The notes under the pieces were generated by a model. The model saw only the letters and a program-made list of their open reading frames with translations, did not search any database and had not been told where the DNA came from. Positions 14,964 through 22,572 of a stretch of 26,512 nucleotides of DNA are shown in pieces. Source of the stretch: a virus. Its lineage: Duplodnaviria; Caudoviricetes. Position numbers and translations under genes: made by a program. The stretch's first letter is position 1. Each line of letters opens with the position of its first letter. The stretch is from IMG/VR virus record IMGVR_UViG_3300037518_000324, positions 1-26,512 of that record; one strand, written 5' to 3'.

Positions 14964-15425
14964 CTACGCCGTAATGGTGTATTCGGCGAAGTCGGTCGTG
15001 AACTCGGTTTCGAGGGTCCGGTAGCGGGTGTTCGCCACGATTGGGTAGTCCACTTCGCACAGGCTCATCTCAAGGTCCGTGGACATCCCGCCGAGCTGCG
15101 AATCGCCGAGGACGCGAGTCCGGAGTTCGTGCTTGAACGTGTACAGCTCCGTCTCCACCGCGTCGATCTCCTGTTGGGAGATGTTCGATACCGCGATCCA
15201 GAGGATGAGCACGATCCGCTCGCCGATCATCCGGGAGTTGAGCGTGGAGCCCGCGCCCATCTTGGCCGGCTCCGTCTCCCCGCCATAGAAAATGCGGACG
15301 CACCGTGTGGTTGTCGGGAGGGGCGGGCCGATCGCCACGTCGAGGATCGTCGGGGTGACGGCGGCGCCGGCGGCCGTGGCGTGGGTGACGATCGCCGCGA
15401 TGGCCGACGCGTAGGTGAGCGCCAT
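14964..15425 (-). CDS. Tail terminator / completion-like protein
   Basis: 153 aa upstream of the tail tube genes; GDSQLGG motif. The call rests mainly on gene order. Confidence 0.6.
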   Translation of the reverse strand: MALTYASAIAAIVTHATAAGAAVTPTILDVAIGPPLPTTTRCVRIFYGGETEPAKMGAGSTLNSRMIGERIVLILWIAVSNISQQEIDAVETELYTFKHELRTRVLGDSQLGGMSTDLEMSLCEVDYPIVANTRYRTLETEFTTDFAEYTITA

Positions 15426-15727
15426 CAGTGGTACGTCGTCAGTCGGGGCGCCGACCAGTCCGATAGACGAGTTCCGCCCGAGTCCTCGATCCGAGCGCGA
15501 TACCAGGTGCCCGAGACCCCCGTAGGGTCATAGGCCGGGTAGCTCTCTGTCCCCGTGACGATGGCGACCGTCGGCGTGGAACCGGTCCCAGAGATGTCCG
15601 CGAACGACCCGAGCTTGGACGCCGCCCACTGCACGCGCACCAGCGCACCCGTGCCGTACATCCCGGCATTGAGCAGGTCGGACGATGGGACCTGGGCGGG
15701 GAGATTGACCGTGATCTTGTTAGCCAT
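15425..15727 (-). CDS. 100-aa FN3/Ig-like virion protein
   Basis: YDPTGVSGTWYRAR...SDWS resembles an FN3-like C-terminal pattern; overlaps both neighbours. Confidence 0.55.
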   Translation of the reverse strand: MANKITVNLPAQVPSSDLLNAGMYGTGALVRVQWAASKLGSFADISGTGSTPTVAIVTGTESYPAYDPTGVSGTWYRARIEDSGGTRLSDWSAPRLTTYH

Positions 15728-16934
15728 CGACGACCTCTGGCCGTGGGTGGAGGGGCTGGAGCGTCGGCCGACCTGCCAACGGACTCGTCACCGGACTGAC
15801 CGTGACCCGGGCCGAGATTGCGCGGAGAGTCGGACGAGCACCGCCGACGGTGACGGCCGAGCCGGTGACGGTCGGGGCGAAGCCGGTGAGCGACAGGCTC
15901 GCCGTTCCCGGCGTGACGGTGATCCCGGAGCCCGCCGTGACTGTCGGGGCGAAGGCCGTGAGGAGCAGCGACGCGGGGCCGGGAGTCACGACCCGGTGGT
16001 CCGTGGCGACTACGTTCGGCGCGAACGCCGTGAGTGACAGCGCCGCAACGCCGGGGATGACTTCGACCGCGGCGCCTGCCGTGACCGTGGGCGCGAAGCC
16101 GGTCAGGCTGAGCGCCGCTGGTCCCGGTGTCGCCGTCCGGTGATCGGTTGCGACGACGCCCGGAGCGAACGCCGTGAGGCTGAGGCTCGCCGTTCCGGGG
16201 GTGACGGTCTGGTGATCCGAGACGCTGACCGTCGGAGCGAACGTGGTCAGCACCAGCGAAGCCGTGCCCGGGGTGACGATGAGTCCCTGCCCGCCCGTGA
16301 CGGTTGGTGCGAATGCCGTCAGGCTGAGACTCGCAACGCCCGGCGTCACCACCTGGTGATCCGAGGCGGTCACAGTCGGCGCGAATGTGGTCAGGGCGAG
16401 GCTGGCCGGGGATGGGGTGGCCCGCTGGTTTTCTGTCGCCGTGACGATCGGGGCGAAGGTCGCAGTGGTCAGCGATGCGACGCCCGGCGTGACGGTCTGG
16501 TTATCGGTCGCGGTGACCGTCGGTGCGAACGTGGTGAGGCTGAGGCTGGCGACGCCCGGTGTGACGAGCTGGTTGTCCGCCGTGACCGTGACCGTCTGCG
16601 TCGCCGAGATGACGGTGTACGAACCGCCCGTCGCGGGAGCCCCGACCATGCGGATGGTGTACGAACCGACCTCGGCGCAGGTGACGGTGATGCTCTGCTG
16701 CGCCTGCGAGTTGGAGTTCGTGACCGGGTTCGTGGCGCCTGTCGTGAGACCCGTCGCGGCGGCGATGGTGACGAACCCCCCGCCGTCGTCTACCTGCCAC
16801 TGGAAGTCATAGCGCGTGACACCGCCGGAGCCGCTGAAGCTCGGCGTGCCCGAGAAGGCGAACGTGTCGGTGACTCCCGCGTCAACCGGCGCCGCCGGCG
16901 CGTCGAGGCTGATCGCGTTGAGGACCTTCGCCAT
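15720..16934 (-). CDS. Repeat-containing virion fibre-like protein, 404 aa
   Basis: About 120-aa beta-rich N-terminal domain, then ten 24-aa repeats and a short basic tail. Confidence 0.75.
   Translation of the reverse strand: MAKVLNAISLDAPAAPVDAGVTDTFAFSGTPSFSGSGGVTRYDFQWQVDDGGGFVTIAAATGLTTGATNPVTNSNSQAQQSITVTCAEVGSYTIRMVGAPATGGSYTVISATQTVTVTADNQLVTPGVASLSLTTFAPTVTATDNQTVTPGVASLTTATFAPIVTATENQRATPSPASLALTTFAPTVTASDHQVVTPGVASLSLTAFAPTVTGGQGLIVTPGTASLVLTTFAPTVSVSDHQTVTPGTASLSLTAFAPGVVATDHRTATPGPAALSLTGFAPTVTAGAAVEVIPGVAALSLTAFAPNVVATDHRVVTPGPASLLLTAFAPTVTAGSGITVTPGTASLSLTGFAPTVTGSAVTVGGARPTLRAISARVTVSPVTSPLAGRPTLQPLHPRPEVVDG
15855..16574 (-). repeat. 10 x 72-bp coding tandem repeat (consensus xxxVTPGxASLSLTxFAPTVTAxx)
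   Basis: Residues 121-360 of the 404-aa ORF. The period is exactly 24 aa and the nucleotide copies are diverged. Confidence 0.9.
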
Positions 16935-16935
16935 G

Positions 16936-17361
16936 TCAGGCTAGGGTGAAGACGCCGCTCGCGTGTGCTGCCACGGTCAGGGTGTTCGTGTCGGTCGCCG
17001 TCACGTCGGCCGGTGTGCTGTCGAGCAGCGCGTAGCAGAGCACGGTCCCCGACACCTCGTAACGCACGACGAAGCGCGCCGTGATCGAGCCGCCCGAGGC
17101 CGTCCATATGGGGTCCGTCGCCGTGTCCACCGTGACGGTCGTGGTGCCCGCGAGGGTGTTTGTGACCGCGATGCCGCCTGTCGTGTAGCCGTTCGCGTTG
17201 GCGTGCTCGTTGGTGAGTCCGGCATAGGTGGTGGACGATGCGCCGATGTTGCTCGTCGAGAGGAACAGCGCATCCTTGAACGTGTCGCTGTCAAGATCGA
17301 ATGTGCCGTTGAGCAGGCTCGTCCGCCCGGCGTCCGTGAATGTCCAAGCTCCGGCAGCCAT
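16936..17361 (-). CDS. 141-aa beta-rich virion structural protein
   Basis: LLNGTFDLDSDTFK.AL...NGYTTGG...DPIWTASGGSITAR...GVFTL is a motif pattern typical of phage structural clusters. Confidence 0.75.
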   Translation of the reverse strand: MAAGAWTFTDAGRTSLLNGTFDLDSDTFKDALFLSTSNIGASSTTYAGLTNEHANANGYTTGGIAVTNTLAGTTTVTVDTATDPIWTASGGSITARFVVRYEVSGTVLCYALLDSTPADVTATDTNTLTVAAHASGVFTLA

Positions 17362-17681
17362 CAGGAGTTACCTCCCGCTGGAGGCACGCTGACGGAGACA
17401 TCGCCGGAGCGGGCGGGCCGCAGGCGGTACAGGAAGGCTCGCGCGTTGACGAGCCGGTCGACCTGTTCGCGAATGGCCCTGCGTTCGCTGCGCGGTGCCT
17501 CGGCTCGTTTGAGTTCGGCCGCCTGATCGCACAGCACGTTCGCTGCAGCGTTGACCGCCGCAACTCCGTCGTCCGAGTAGGCGAGCGGCAGGCCGAGTTC
17601 CATGAGCGTGGCCTGCGCAGCCCCGATGTCGATGTCCGCGAATAGCGCCTCGACGACGGCGCCCAGTGCGTCCCGAGTCAT
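17361..17681 (-). CDS. Hypothetical protein, 106 aa
   Basis: AAGGAGG SD before ATG 17681; TGATG overlap with the next gene. Confidence 0.7.
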   Translation of the reverse strand: MTRDALGAVVEALFADIDIGAAQATLMELGLPLAYSDDGVAAVNAAANVLCDQAAELKRAEAPRSERRAIREQVDRLVNARAFLYRLRPARSGDVSVSVPPAGGNS

Positions 17682-17684
17682 ATG

Positions 17685-17738
17685 TGCCTCCTTGCATCAG
17701 GCATGTCATGAGGGCCGGAGATGCAAGCTCCGACCCTC
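17685..17738 (-). promoter_or_regulatory. Structured leader: two hairpins with complementary loops, the second containing the SD
   Basis: mRNA sense GAGGGTCGGAG-CTTGCAT-CTCCGGCCCTC, then ATGACA, then TGCCT-GATGCAAGG-AGGCA, then CAT ATG. Confidence 0.5.
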
Positions 17739-17780
17739 GTCTTGATTGTGCCGTCCCGACGTCAAATCGACGTCTTCGGC

Positions 17781-18191
17781 CTACTCCAAACCCTTGGCGA
17801 GATCGGCCTTGATCCGGCGCACCGCGGTCGCGGTCCGGCGGAAGGGGTGCCAGCGCCGCTCGATCGTCGCAGCGGCGGCCTTCGTGCGGATGGCGGTTCG
17901 TCGGTCGTCGCCTTCGGTATTCGCCGAGACCACCGCGGACAGCGCCCACCGCTTGCCGGACAGGCTCTCGGTGCGGCCGCGCACGTGATCGTGCGTCCAT
18001 CCCGAGTAGCGGGGCATCTGTCCGGCGTGGCCCTTGATCTGGCCCTTGACGTCCTGTTCCATCTCGGCCGCGAGGTCGTCGAGCATGTCGCGGATGTTGC
18101 CGCGGACGGTCTTCCTGGGGTCCTTGGTGAAGAACGGCCCGCTGAACTCGACGCGAACGGTGACCGGGGTAAAGCTGCCTTCCTTGGCCAT
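17781..18191 (-). CDS. HK97 gp10-like neck / tail completion protein, 136 aa
   Basis: Basic; VEFSGPFF...PRYSG...WHPFRR pattern; follows the adaptor with a TGATG overlap at 18189-18193. Confidence 0.65.
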   Translation of the reverse strand: MAKEGSFTPVTVRVEFSGPFFTKDPRKTVRGNIRDMLDDLAAEMEQDVKGQIKGHAGQMPRYSGWTHDHVRGRTESLSGKRWALSAVVSANTEGDDRRTAIRTKAAAATIERRWHPFRRTATAVRRIKADLAKGLE

Positions 18192-19051
18192 CACACGATC
18201 CAGCGGTAGGCGTACTGCCACAAGCCGCGCCGGAGGATGGTGTCCTCGCCCTCGCGCATGACCGTGCCCGGCACGTCACCACCACCATCGGAGCCATCGG
18301 CGCCCGCGTCGCGGCCCTTCCAGCGGCGCATGGCGATACGGAGCGAGTTGTCGACGACCGACGACGGGTATTGGTAGACGCCGATGGCCTTGGCCGTGTC
18401 GTGCGTGGCGGCCGTCGTCCCGTTCGCGGCGCGGACCACGGTGAGCGTGTTCGTCGCGATCGACGTGACGTACATCTGCTCGGTCTCGACGAGGATCGTG
18501 TCGCCCGGTGAGAAGTCCGTCCCGTCCGTCACATCGACCCCGGTCTCGGAGGTGTCGAGCGCCTCGGCCGTCGTGGATGCGGAGGTGACCCGGACATCCT
18601 GGTAGCCCCACGAGCCCGCGAACGAGTGGACCCGCTTGCCGGTGCCGAGCGTCGTGATCGTGCCCTCACCGTGGAACAGGAACTCGCGGTAGGGGGCCGG
18701 TTCGTAGAAGCCCTCCCCGTTGCGCAGGTAGTAGTCGGTGTCGACGACGGGCGTGCCGATCGACGTGCCCTCGGTGCCGTCGAGCAGCGTTGCGGTCGTC
18801 AGGCTCAACAGGTCGTCGTCGAGCCGGACGCACGATCCGGCCGCGCCGTCATAGCGGTTCGTGCCGGTGCGCGGGCCGAAGCCCGAGCCGAACCGGGAGC
18901 GCTGGCACCACTCGTCGACCCGCCGGCTGCTGGCCTCGAGGGTGGCGAGCTTGCGCGCGACGAGGAGCGCGGATTCCGCGACGAACGTGACGGAGCCCGC
19001 GTCGCGCAGGTAGTCGTTGAACGTCGCCACGTTGGCGTAGGTGTGGGCCAC
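18191..19051 (-). CDS. Head-tail adaptor (gp6/gp15-like) with inserted beta domains, 286 aa
   Basis: YANVATFNDYL...ASSRRVDEWCQR...SWGY...YPSSVVDNSLRIAMRRWK adaptor pattern, with insert FSPGDTILVETEQMYVT...LTVVRAANGTTAATH. Confidence 0.8.
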   Translation of the reverse strand: MAHTYANVATFNDYLRDAGSVTFVAESALLVARKLATLEASSRRVDEWCQRSRFGSGFGPRTGTNRYDGAAGSCVRLDDDLLSLTTATLLDGTEGTSIGTPVVDTDYYLRNGEGFYEPAPYREFLFHGEGTITTLGTGKRVHSFAGSWGYQDVRVTSASTTAEALDTSETGVDVTDGTDFSPGDTILVETEQMYVTSIATNTLTVVRAANGTTAATHDTAKAIGVYQYPSSVVDNSLRIAMRRWKGRDAGADGSDGGGDVPGTVMREGEDTILRRGLWQYAYRWIV

Positions 19052-19069
19052 GGACCGACCTCAGAAGGT

Positions 19070-19101
19070 GCGCCCCGCCCGGAAGGATGCAGGCGGGGCG
19101 C
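19070..19101 (-). terminator. GC-rich hairpin after the 215-aa gene (weak terminator or processing site)
   Basis: GCGCCCCGCC (19070-19079) pairs with GGCGGGGCGC (19092-19101); followed by ACCTTCT in mRNA sense. Confidence 0.45.
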
Positions 19102-19108
19102 CGGGGAT

Positions 19109-19756
19109 CTACTCGTTATCCAAAAGCACTTCGAACCAGCTCAGGCCCGTGGTGAACGTCAGGCCGACGATCGTGGACACGACCTGGATCGAGAACCCGC
19201 CCGTCGGCTGGACGATGAACCGGCCGCCGACATCGACGACCTGGGCGCCGGACGGGGCGGTGGTAACGCCGCCGGTCAGGGTCCCGGTATTGAGCGGGAA
19301 CCAGCCGTCGTCAGCGACGGTCGCGCCGACGTCGAGCTTGGCAGAGCCCGTGTAGGCGGACCCGCCGTTCATCGAGTTGATGGCGGTGATGTCGGCCGTC
19401 ACGGCGGCCATGCCGGCCGGGTGGACGCAGGCCCAGATCGAATAGCCGCTGATCGCGGCCGTCGTCACGAGGTTGAACGCCCAGACGCGGTCGATCACGT
19501 AGGACCGGGCCGTGGCGCCAGTCTCGCCGTTCCAGAGGGTGAACTTGGCCACCGTATCCGGCCGCACGACCAGACCGGCGACGGCCGCAGTGGTCATCGC
19601 CTGCCAGCCCCGGCCCCGGCGGCTGAGCTCGGTGTAGGGCGGGAGGCCCTGCGCGGTGAGGAGTTCCTGCTCCTCGTTGGAACGGAGGTAGCGGAACGCG
19701 TCGGCGGCGGTTCCGCCGCGCTGGAATCCCTGGAGTCTGCTGTCGTCGCCTGGCAT
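19109..19756 (-). CDS. Putative virion head-associated protein, 215 aa
   Basis: Beta-rich, Thr/Gly/Ala-rich ORF with AAAGGGGA SD, lying between the capsid and adaptor genes. Confidence 0.65.
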   Translation of the reverse strand: MPGDDSRLQGFQRGGTAADAFRYLRSNEEQELLTAQGLPPYTELSRRGRGWQAMTTAAVAGLVVRPDTVAKFTLWNGETGATARSYVIDRVWAFNLVTTAAISGYSIWACVHPAGMAAVTADITAINSMNGGSAYTGSAKLDVGATVADDGWFPLNTGTLTGGVTTAPSGAQVVDVGGRFIVQPTGGFSIQVVSTIVGLTFTTGLSWFEVLLDNE

Positions 19757-19801
19757 TGGTCAGGTCCCCTTTCGGTGGCGTGTGCGATGGCGGGTAGGGG
19801 T

Positions 19802-19826
19802 GCGCCCCGGCTGGGGACCGGGGCGC
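19802..19826 (-). promoter_or_regulatory. Hairpin after the capsid gene block
   Basis: mRNA sense GCGCCCCGG-TCCCCAG-CCGGGGCGC, a perfect 9-bp stem. Confidence 0.5.
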
Positions 19827-19832
19827 TGGGTA

Positions 19833-20030
19833 CTACTTGGTGGCGGGGCGCTTGGCCGACTTGTCGGCGGGCTTCGGCGCTTCCTTGGGCTCGGGTGTAA
19901 CGAATCGCTCGTACGCCTCGCGCAGTCCAAGCCGGTCGATGTCGACGGGGGCAACGCCAAAGGCGGCCTCCGGGCTGCCCTCCTCGACGAACCGTGACCA
20001 ATCGGCGGTCACGTAGAGCGACTCGTTCAT
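19833..20030 (-). CDS. Small post-capsid protein, 65 aa
   Basis: LYVTAD...VEEGSPEAAF with a K/P/A-rich tail (KEAPKPADKSAKRPATK). Confidence 0.7.
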   Translation of the reverse strand: MNESLYVTADWSRFVEEGSPEAAFGVAPVDIDRLGLREAYERFVTPEPKEAPKPADKSAKRPATK

Positions 20031-20032
20031 GA

Positions 20033-20524
20033 CTAGGTGGCCGCGTAGGTGGCCGCGGTCGGGGTGGTCGGGTCCGTGTAGATCACGATCATCCGCGTCC
20101 GGCCGGCCGTCGCCGTGGTGCCAACCGTGGTGACGAGCCCCGTGATGACGCGCTCGGTGGCGGCGTACATCAGCTCGCGCTCGCCGGTGGCGGCGACGAG
20201 GTAGACGCCCACCTTGCCGCCGGCGTTGTTGAAGTCGATGACCTCGGCGTTGGTATCGGTGGTGTAGTCGACGATGTCCGTGGTCAGGAGGTTGATGTCA
20301 TCGAACCAGCCGTTCGGATCGTCGGCGTCGCCGACGAGCATCTTGGCGCTGGTGCCGGCGCCCCAGTAGGTGAGGTTGTAGATCTTGATGTCGAGCAGCC
20401 ACGAGTTGCCGGGGACGGTGACGCTGCCGGTGTACGTGCCGGCAGCGCCCTCCTCGGTAAACGTGATCTCCTCGAACAGGATGCGGCCGGGCTGGCCGAC
20501 CACGCCTCCGCTGATGACGGGCAT
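20033..20524 (-). CDS. Putative capsid decoration protein, 163 aa
   Basis: Immediately after the major capsid gene; beta-rich (VTVPGNSWLLDIKI...VGDADDPNGWF...GRTRMIVIY). Confidence 0.6.
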   Translation of the reverse strand: MPVISGGVVGQPGRILFEEITFTEEGAAGTYTGSVTVPGNSWLLDIKIYNLTYWGAGTSAKMLVGDADDPNGWFDDINLLTTDIVDYTTDTNAEVIDFNNAGGKVGVYLVAATGERELMYAATERVITGLVTTVGTTATAGRTRMIVIYTDPTTPTAATYAAT

Positions 20525-20527
20525 GGC

Positions 20528-21757
20528 TCAGATCCCCGTGACGGTCGCAGCGGCCTTCGGCCGGTAGTGGAACGCCGCGAAGCGACGCACGAGCGAGATG
20601 GCGAGCGTCCCTTCGGTGAAGAAGGTCGAATGCTCGGTCGAGACTTCGACGACCAGGCCGCCGTTCTCGAAGATCGTCGTGAACGAGGTGTCCACCACTC
20701 CCCCGGTGCCCTCGCTCAGGCCCGTCGTCACGACGACGGGAAGACCCCACAGCCGCATCGGACCGGACTCGGTCGGGTTGCCGAGGATGTAGACGCCGTC
20801 CGTGGTCCTGGTCAGGCGGATGCCCTCCCAGTCGTTGGGGTGGAAGACCGCGAGGTTGGGGTTCGCGTCGCCGGTCACCGCGACCAGCGTGATGGCCTTG
20901 TGGACGGCGTCGAAGACGGGGTCCGTGCCCTTGGCCTGCGTCTGGAAGCCGGTGCGGGTGAACACGCCCCACGGGACCGGAGTGTTGCCCGAACCCGCGA
21001 GGATGTACGTGTTCGAGATCTTCTGGAGGCGCTTGGCGAGCATGCCGGTGATGACCGACTGCATCTGCGGCTCGTCGGAGAGGAGGTTGCGGCTGGCCGG
21101 AATCCAGGTCCGGATGTCCTCGACCTCGTCGGTCGTCTTCGTCCAGGCGAACGCCGACTCGGTCGCGGCCGTGTTCTCGGCCTTGGCTGCGGCGTTGTCG
21201 GTATCGGTCGACTGGATGTGGCCCGTGACGGAGTCGGAACTCACCTGGCCGTGGGGGAAGAACGGCTCGGCGTCGCCAAAGAAGAGCGCGCTCTCGGCCC
21301 GTCCGACCCCTGTCGCCAACGTGTCGTAGCTCGTCGTGAGGTCGACGATCGTCTTGAGGTTCGCGCCGATGCCGAACCGGATCGGCGCATCGTTCAATTG
21401 GTAGTTCTCGATCGCGGTGGCGTGCTTCTCGAACGACGACTTGAACGCGGCGTTGAGCTGCGCCTTGGTCCCGATCGACGAGCCGGCTTCCTCGTGCTCA
21501 CCACCACCCTTGTTCGCGGCGATGGTGCCCTGCGGGGCGAGCTTGGACTCGGCGTTCGCGGCGGCCTTCTCGGCCTCGGCCTGGAGTTCGCGCTGCTCCC
21601 CGAGCGTATCGAGTTCGGCGTTGCGCTTGCGGAACTCCGCGGTCTGTTCGGCGGACATCGTGTACCCGCCGTCTTCCTGCTTGAACTGGGCGAGCCAGGT
21701 GCCGTGCTCCTGCTGCTTGCGCGTCAGGTCGGCACCGAGCGCGGCTGCGCTGGGCAT
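20528..21757 (-). CDS. HK97-fold major capsid protein, 409 aa
   Basis: Helical delta-domain-like N-terminus; IRTWIPASRNLLSD, FHPNDWEGIRL..TTDGVYI, RLWGLPVV, RPKAAATV. ATG 21757 follows GGAGA. Confidence 0.95.
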   Translation of the reverse strand: MPSAAALGADLTRKQQEHGTWLAQFKQEDGGYTMSAEQTAEFRKRNAELDTLGEQRELQAEAEKAAANAESKLAPQGTIAANKGGGEHEEAGSSIGTKAQLNAAFKSSFEKHATAIENYQLNDAPIRFGIGANLKTIVDLTTSYDTLATGVGRAESALFFGDAEPFFPHGQVSSDSVTGHIQSTDTDNAAAKAENTAATESAFAWTKTTDEVEDIRTWIPASRNLLSDEPQMQSVITGMLAKRLQKISNTYILAGSGNTPVPWGVFTRTGFQTQAKGTDPVFDAVHKAITLVAVTGDANPNLAVFHPNDWEGIRLTRTTDGVYILGNPTESGPMRLWGLPVVVTTGLSEGTGGVVDTSFTTIFENGGLVVEVSTEHSTFFTEGTLAISLVRRFAAFHYRPKAAATVTGI

Positions 21758-21772
21758 GGGGTTTCTCCACAT

Positions 21773-21800
21773 GAAGAAGCCCCGGTGTTTGACCGGGGCT
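21773..21800 (-). terminator. Terminator-like hairpin between the protease and capsid genes
   Basis: mRNA sense AGCCCCGGT-CAAAC-ACCGGGGCT followed by TCTTC. Confidence 0.55.
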
Positions 21801-21822
21801 ATGGGTTGCCTTGGAACGGGCG

Positions 21823-22572
21823 TCAGACGGGAACGCCCAACCGATGCGCCTCCGCGAGCAGGACCTCGACCGTTACGTCGATGCCCTTCGGGGGAGGCTC
21901 CACGAGCAGATCGCGGGCCGACGCGAGTTGCCCGTCGAGCGTCTCGACGAGTTCCTCCAGTGCCGCGCGATCGGCACGAGAGAGCTTGCGGCCCTCCAGC
22001 GCCCGTGCGGCAGCGTGGCCCTTGAACCGATCGATGAGCGCCGGCAAGCCCTCGGAGTACCAGAGGATCTGCTCGGCATGCGGCGCGTCGGATACCGGCG
22101 CGCCGCTCTTGATCGCGAGGGTGGCGGTGCCGACCCCGGCACCTTTGAGGACGGGCGAGACCTCGAACACGTCAAGCTTGCGCAGCTCGCGCACGCGCTT
22201 GCCGCCGAACATGCCGGGCCCCGAGGGCGGGAGGACGGCATAGCCGTAGCTCCACTCCTGGAGGTCGGCCATCGCCTTCGTCGTGTGGTAGGCGTTCCGG
22301 CCCTGGTCCGTTTCCATGAAGAACGAGCCGTCGAGGATGCCGAGGTCCGCGGTCTCGCGGATCGCACCCTTGCCGGTGGGGAGCGTGCCGTTCCACGACG
22401 TGTGTCCGTAGGCCGAGATGGGTACGGCCTTACCGACCGGCATCGAGCCCGCGAACGTCACGTCGTTGTCCGAATCCACGACACCGAAGCGACTGAACGC
22501 CACGGTCACGTCGCCGGTCTCGGACAGCTTGAACTCGAAGGGCGTGAACGCCTTGCGCGCAATGTCGGTCAT
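21823..22572 (-). CDS. HK97-family prohead protease, 249 aa
   Basis: FGVVDSDND, YGH, EWSYGY, FEVSPVLKGAG motifs; ATGA overlap with the portal stop. Confidence 0.9.
   Translation of the reverse strand: MTDIARKAFTPFEFKLSETGDVTVAFSRFGVVDSDNDVTFAGSMPVGKAVPISAYGHTSWNGTLPTGKGAIRETADLGILDGSFFMETDQGRNAYHTTKAMADLQEWSYGYAVLPPSGPGMFGGKRVRELRKLDVFEVSPVLKGAGVGTATLAIKSGAPVSDAPHAEQILWYSEGLPALIDRFKGHAAARALEGRKLSRADRAALEELVETLDGQLASARDLLVEPPPKGIDVTVEVLLAEAHRLGVPV

Noticed and set aside
15855-16574. 72-bp periodicity as a CRISPR array or DGR repeat
   Set aside because: It is an in-frame protein repeat with synonymous divergence. There are no identical repeats with unique spacers, and no cas or reverse transcriptase gene was seen.
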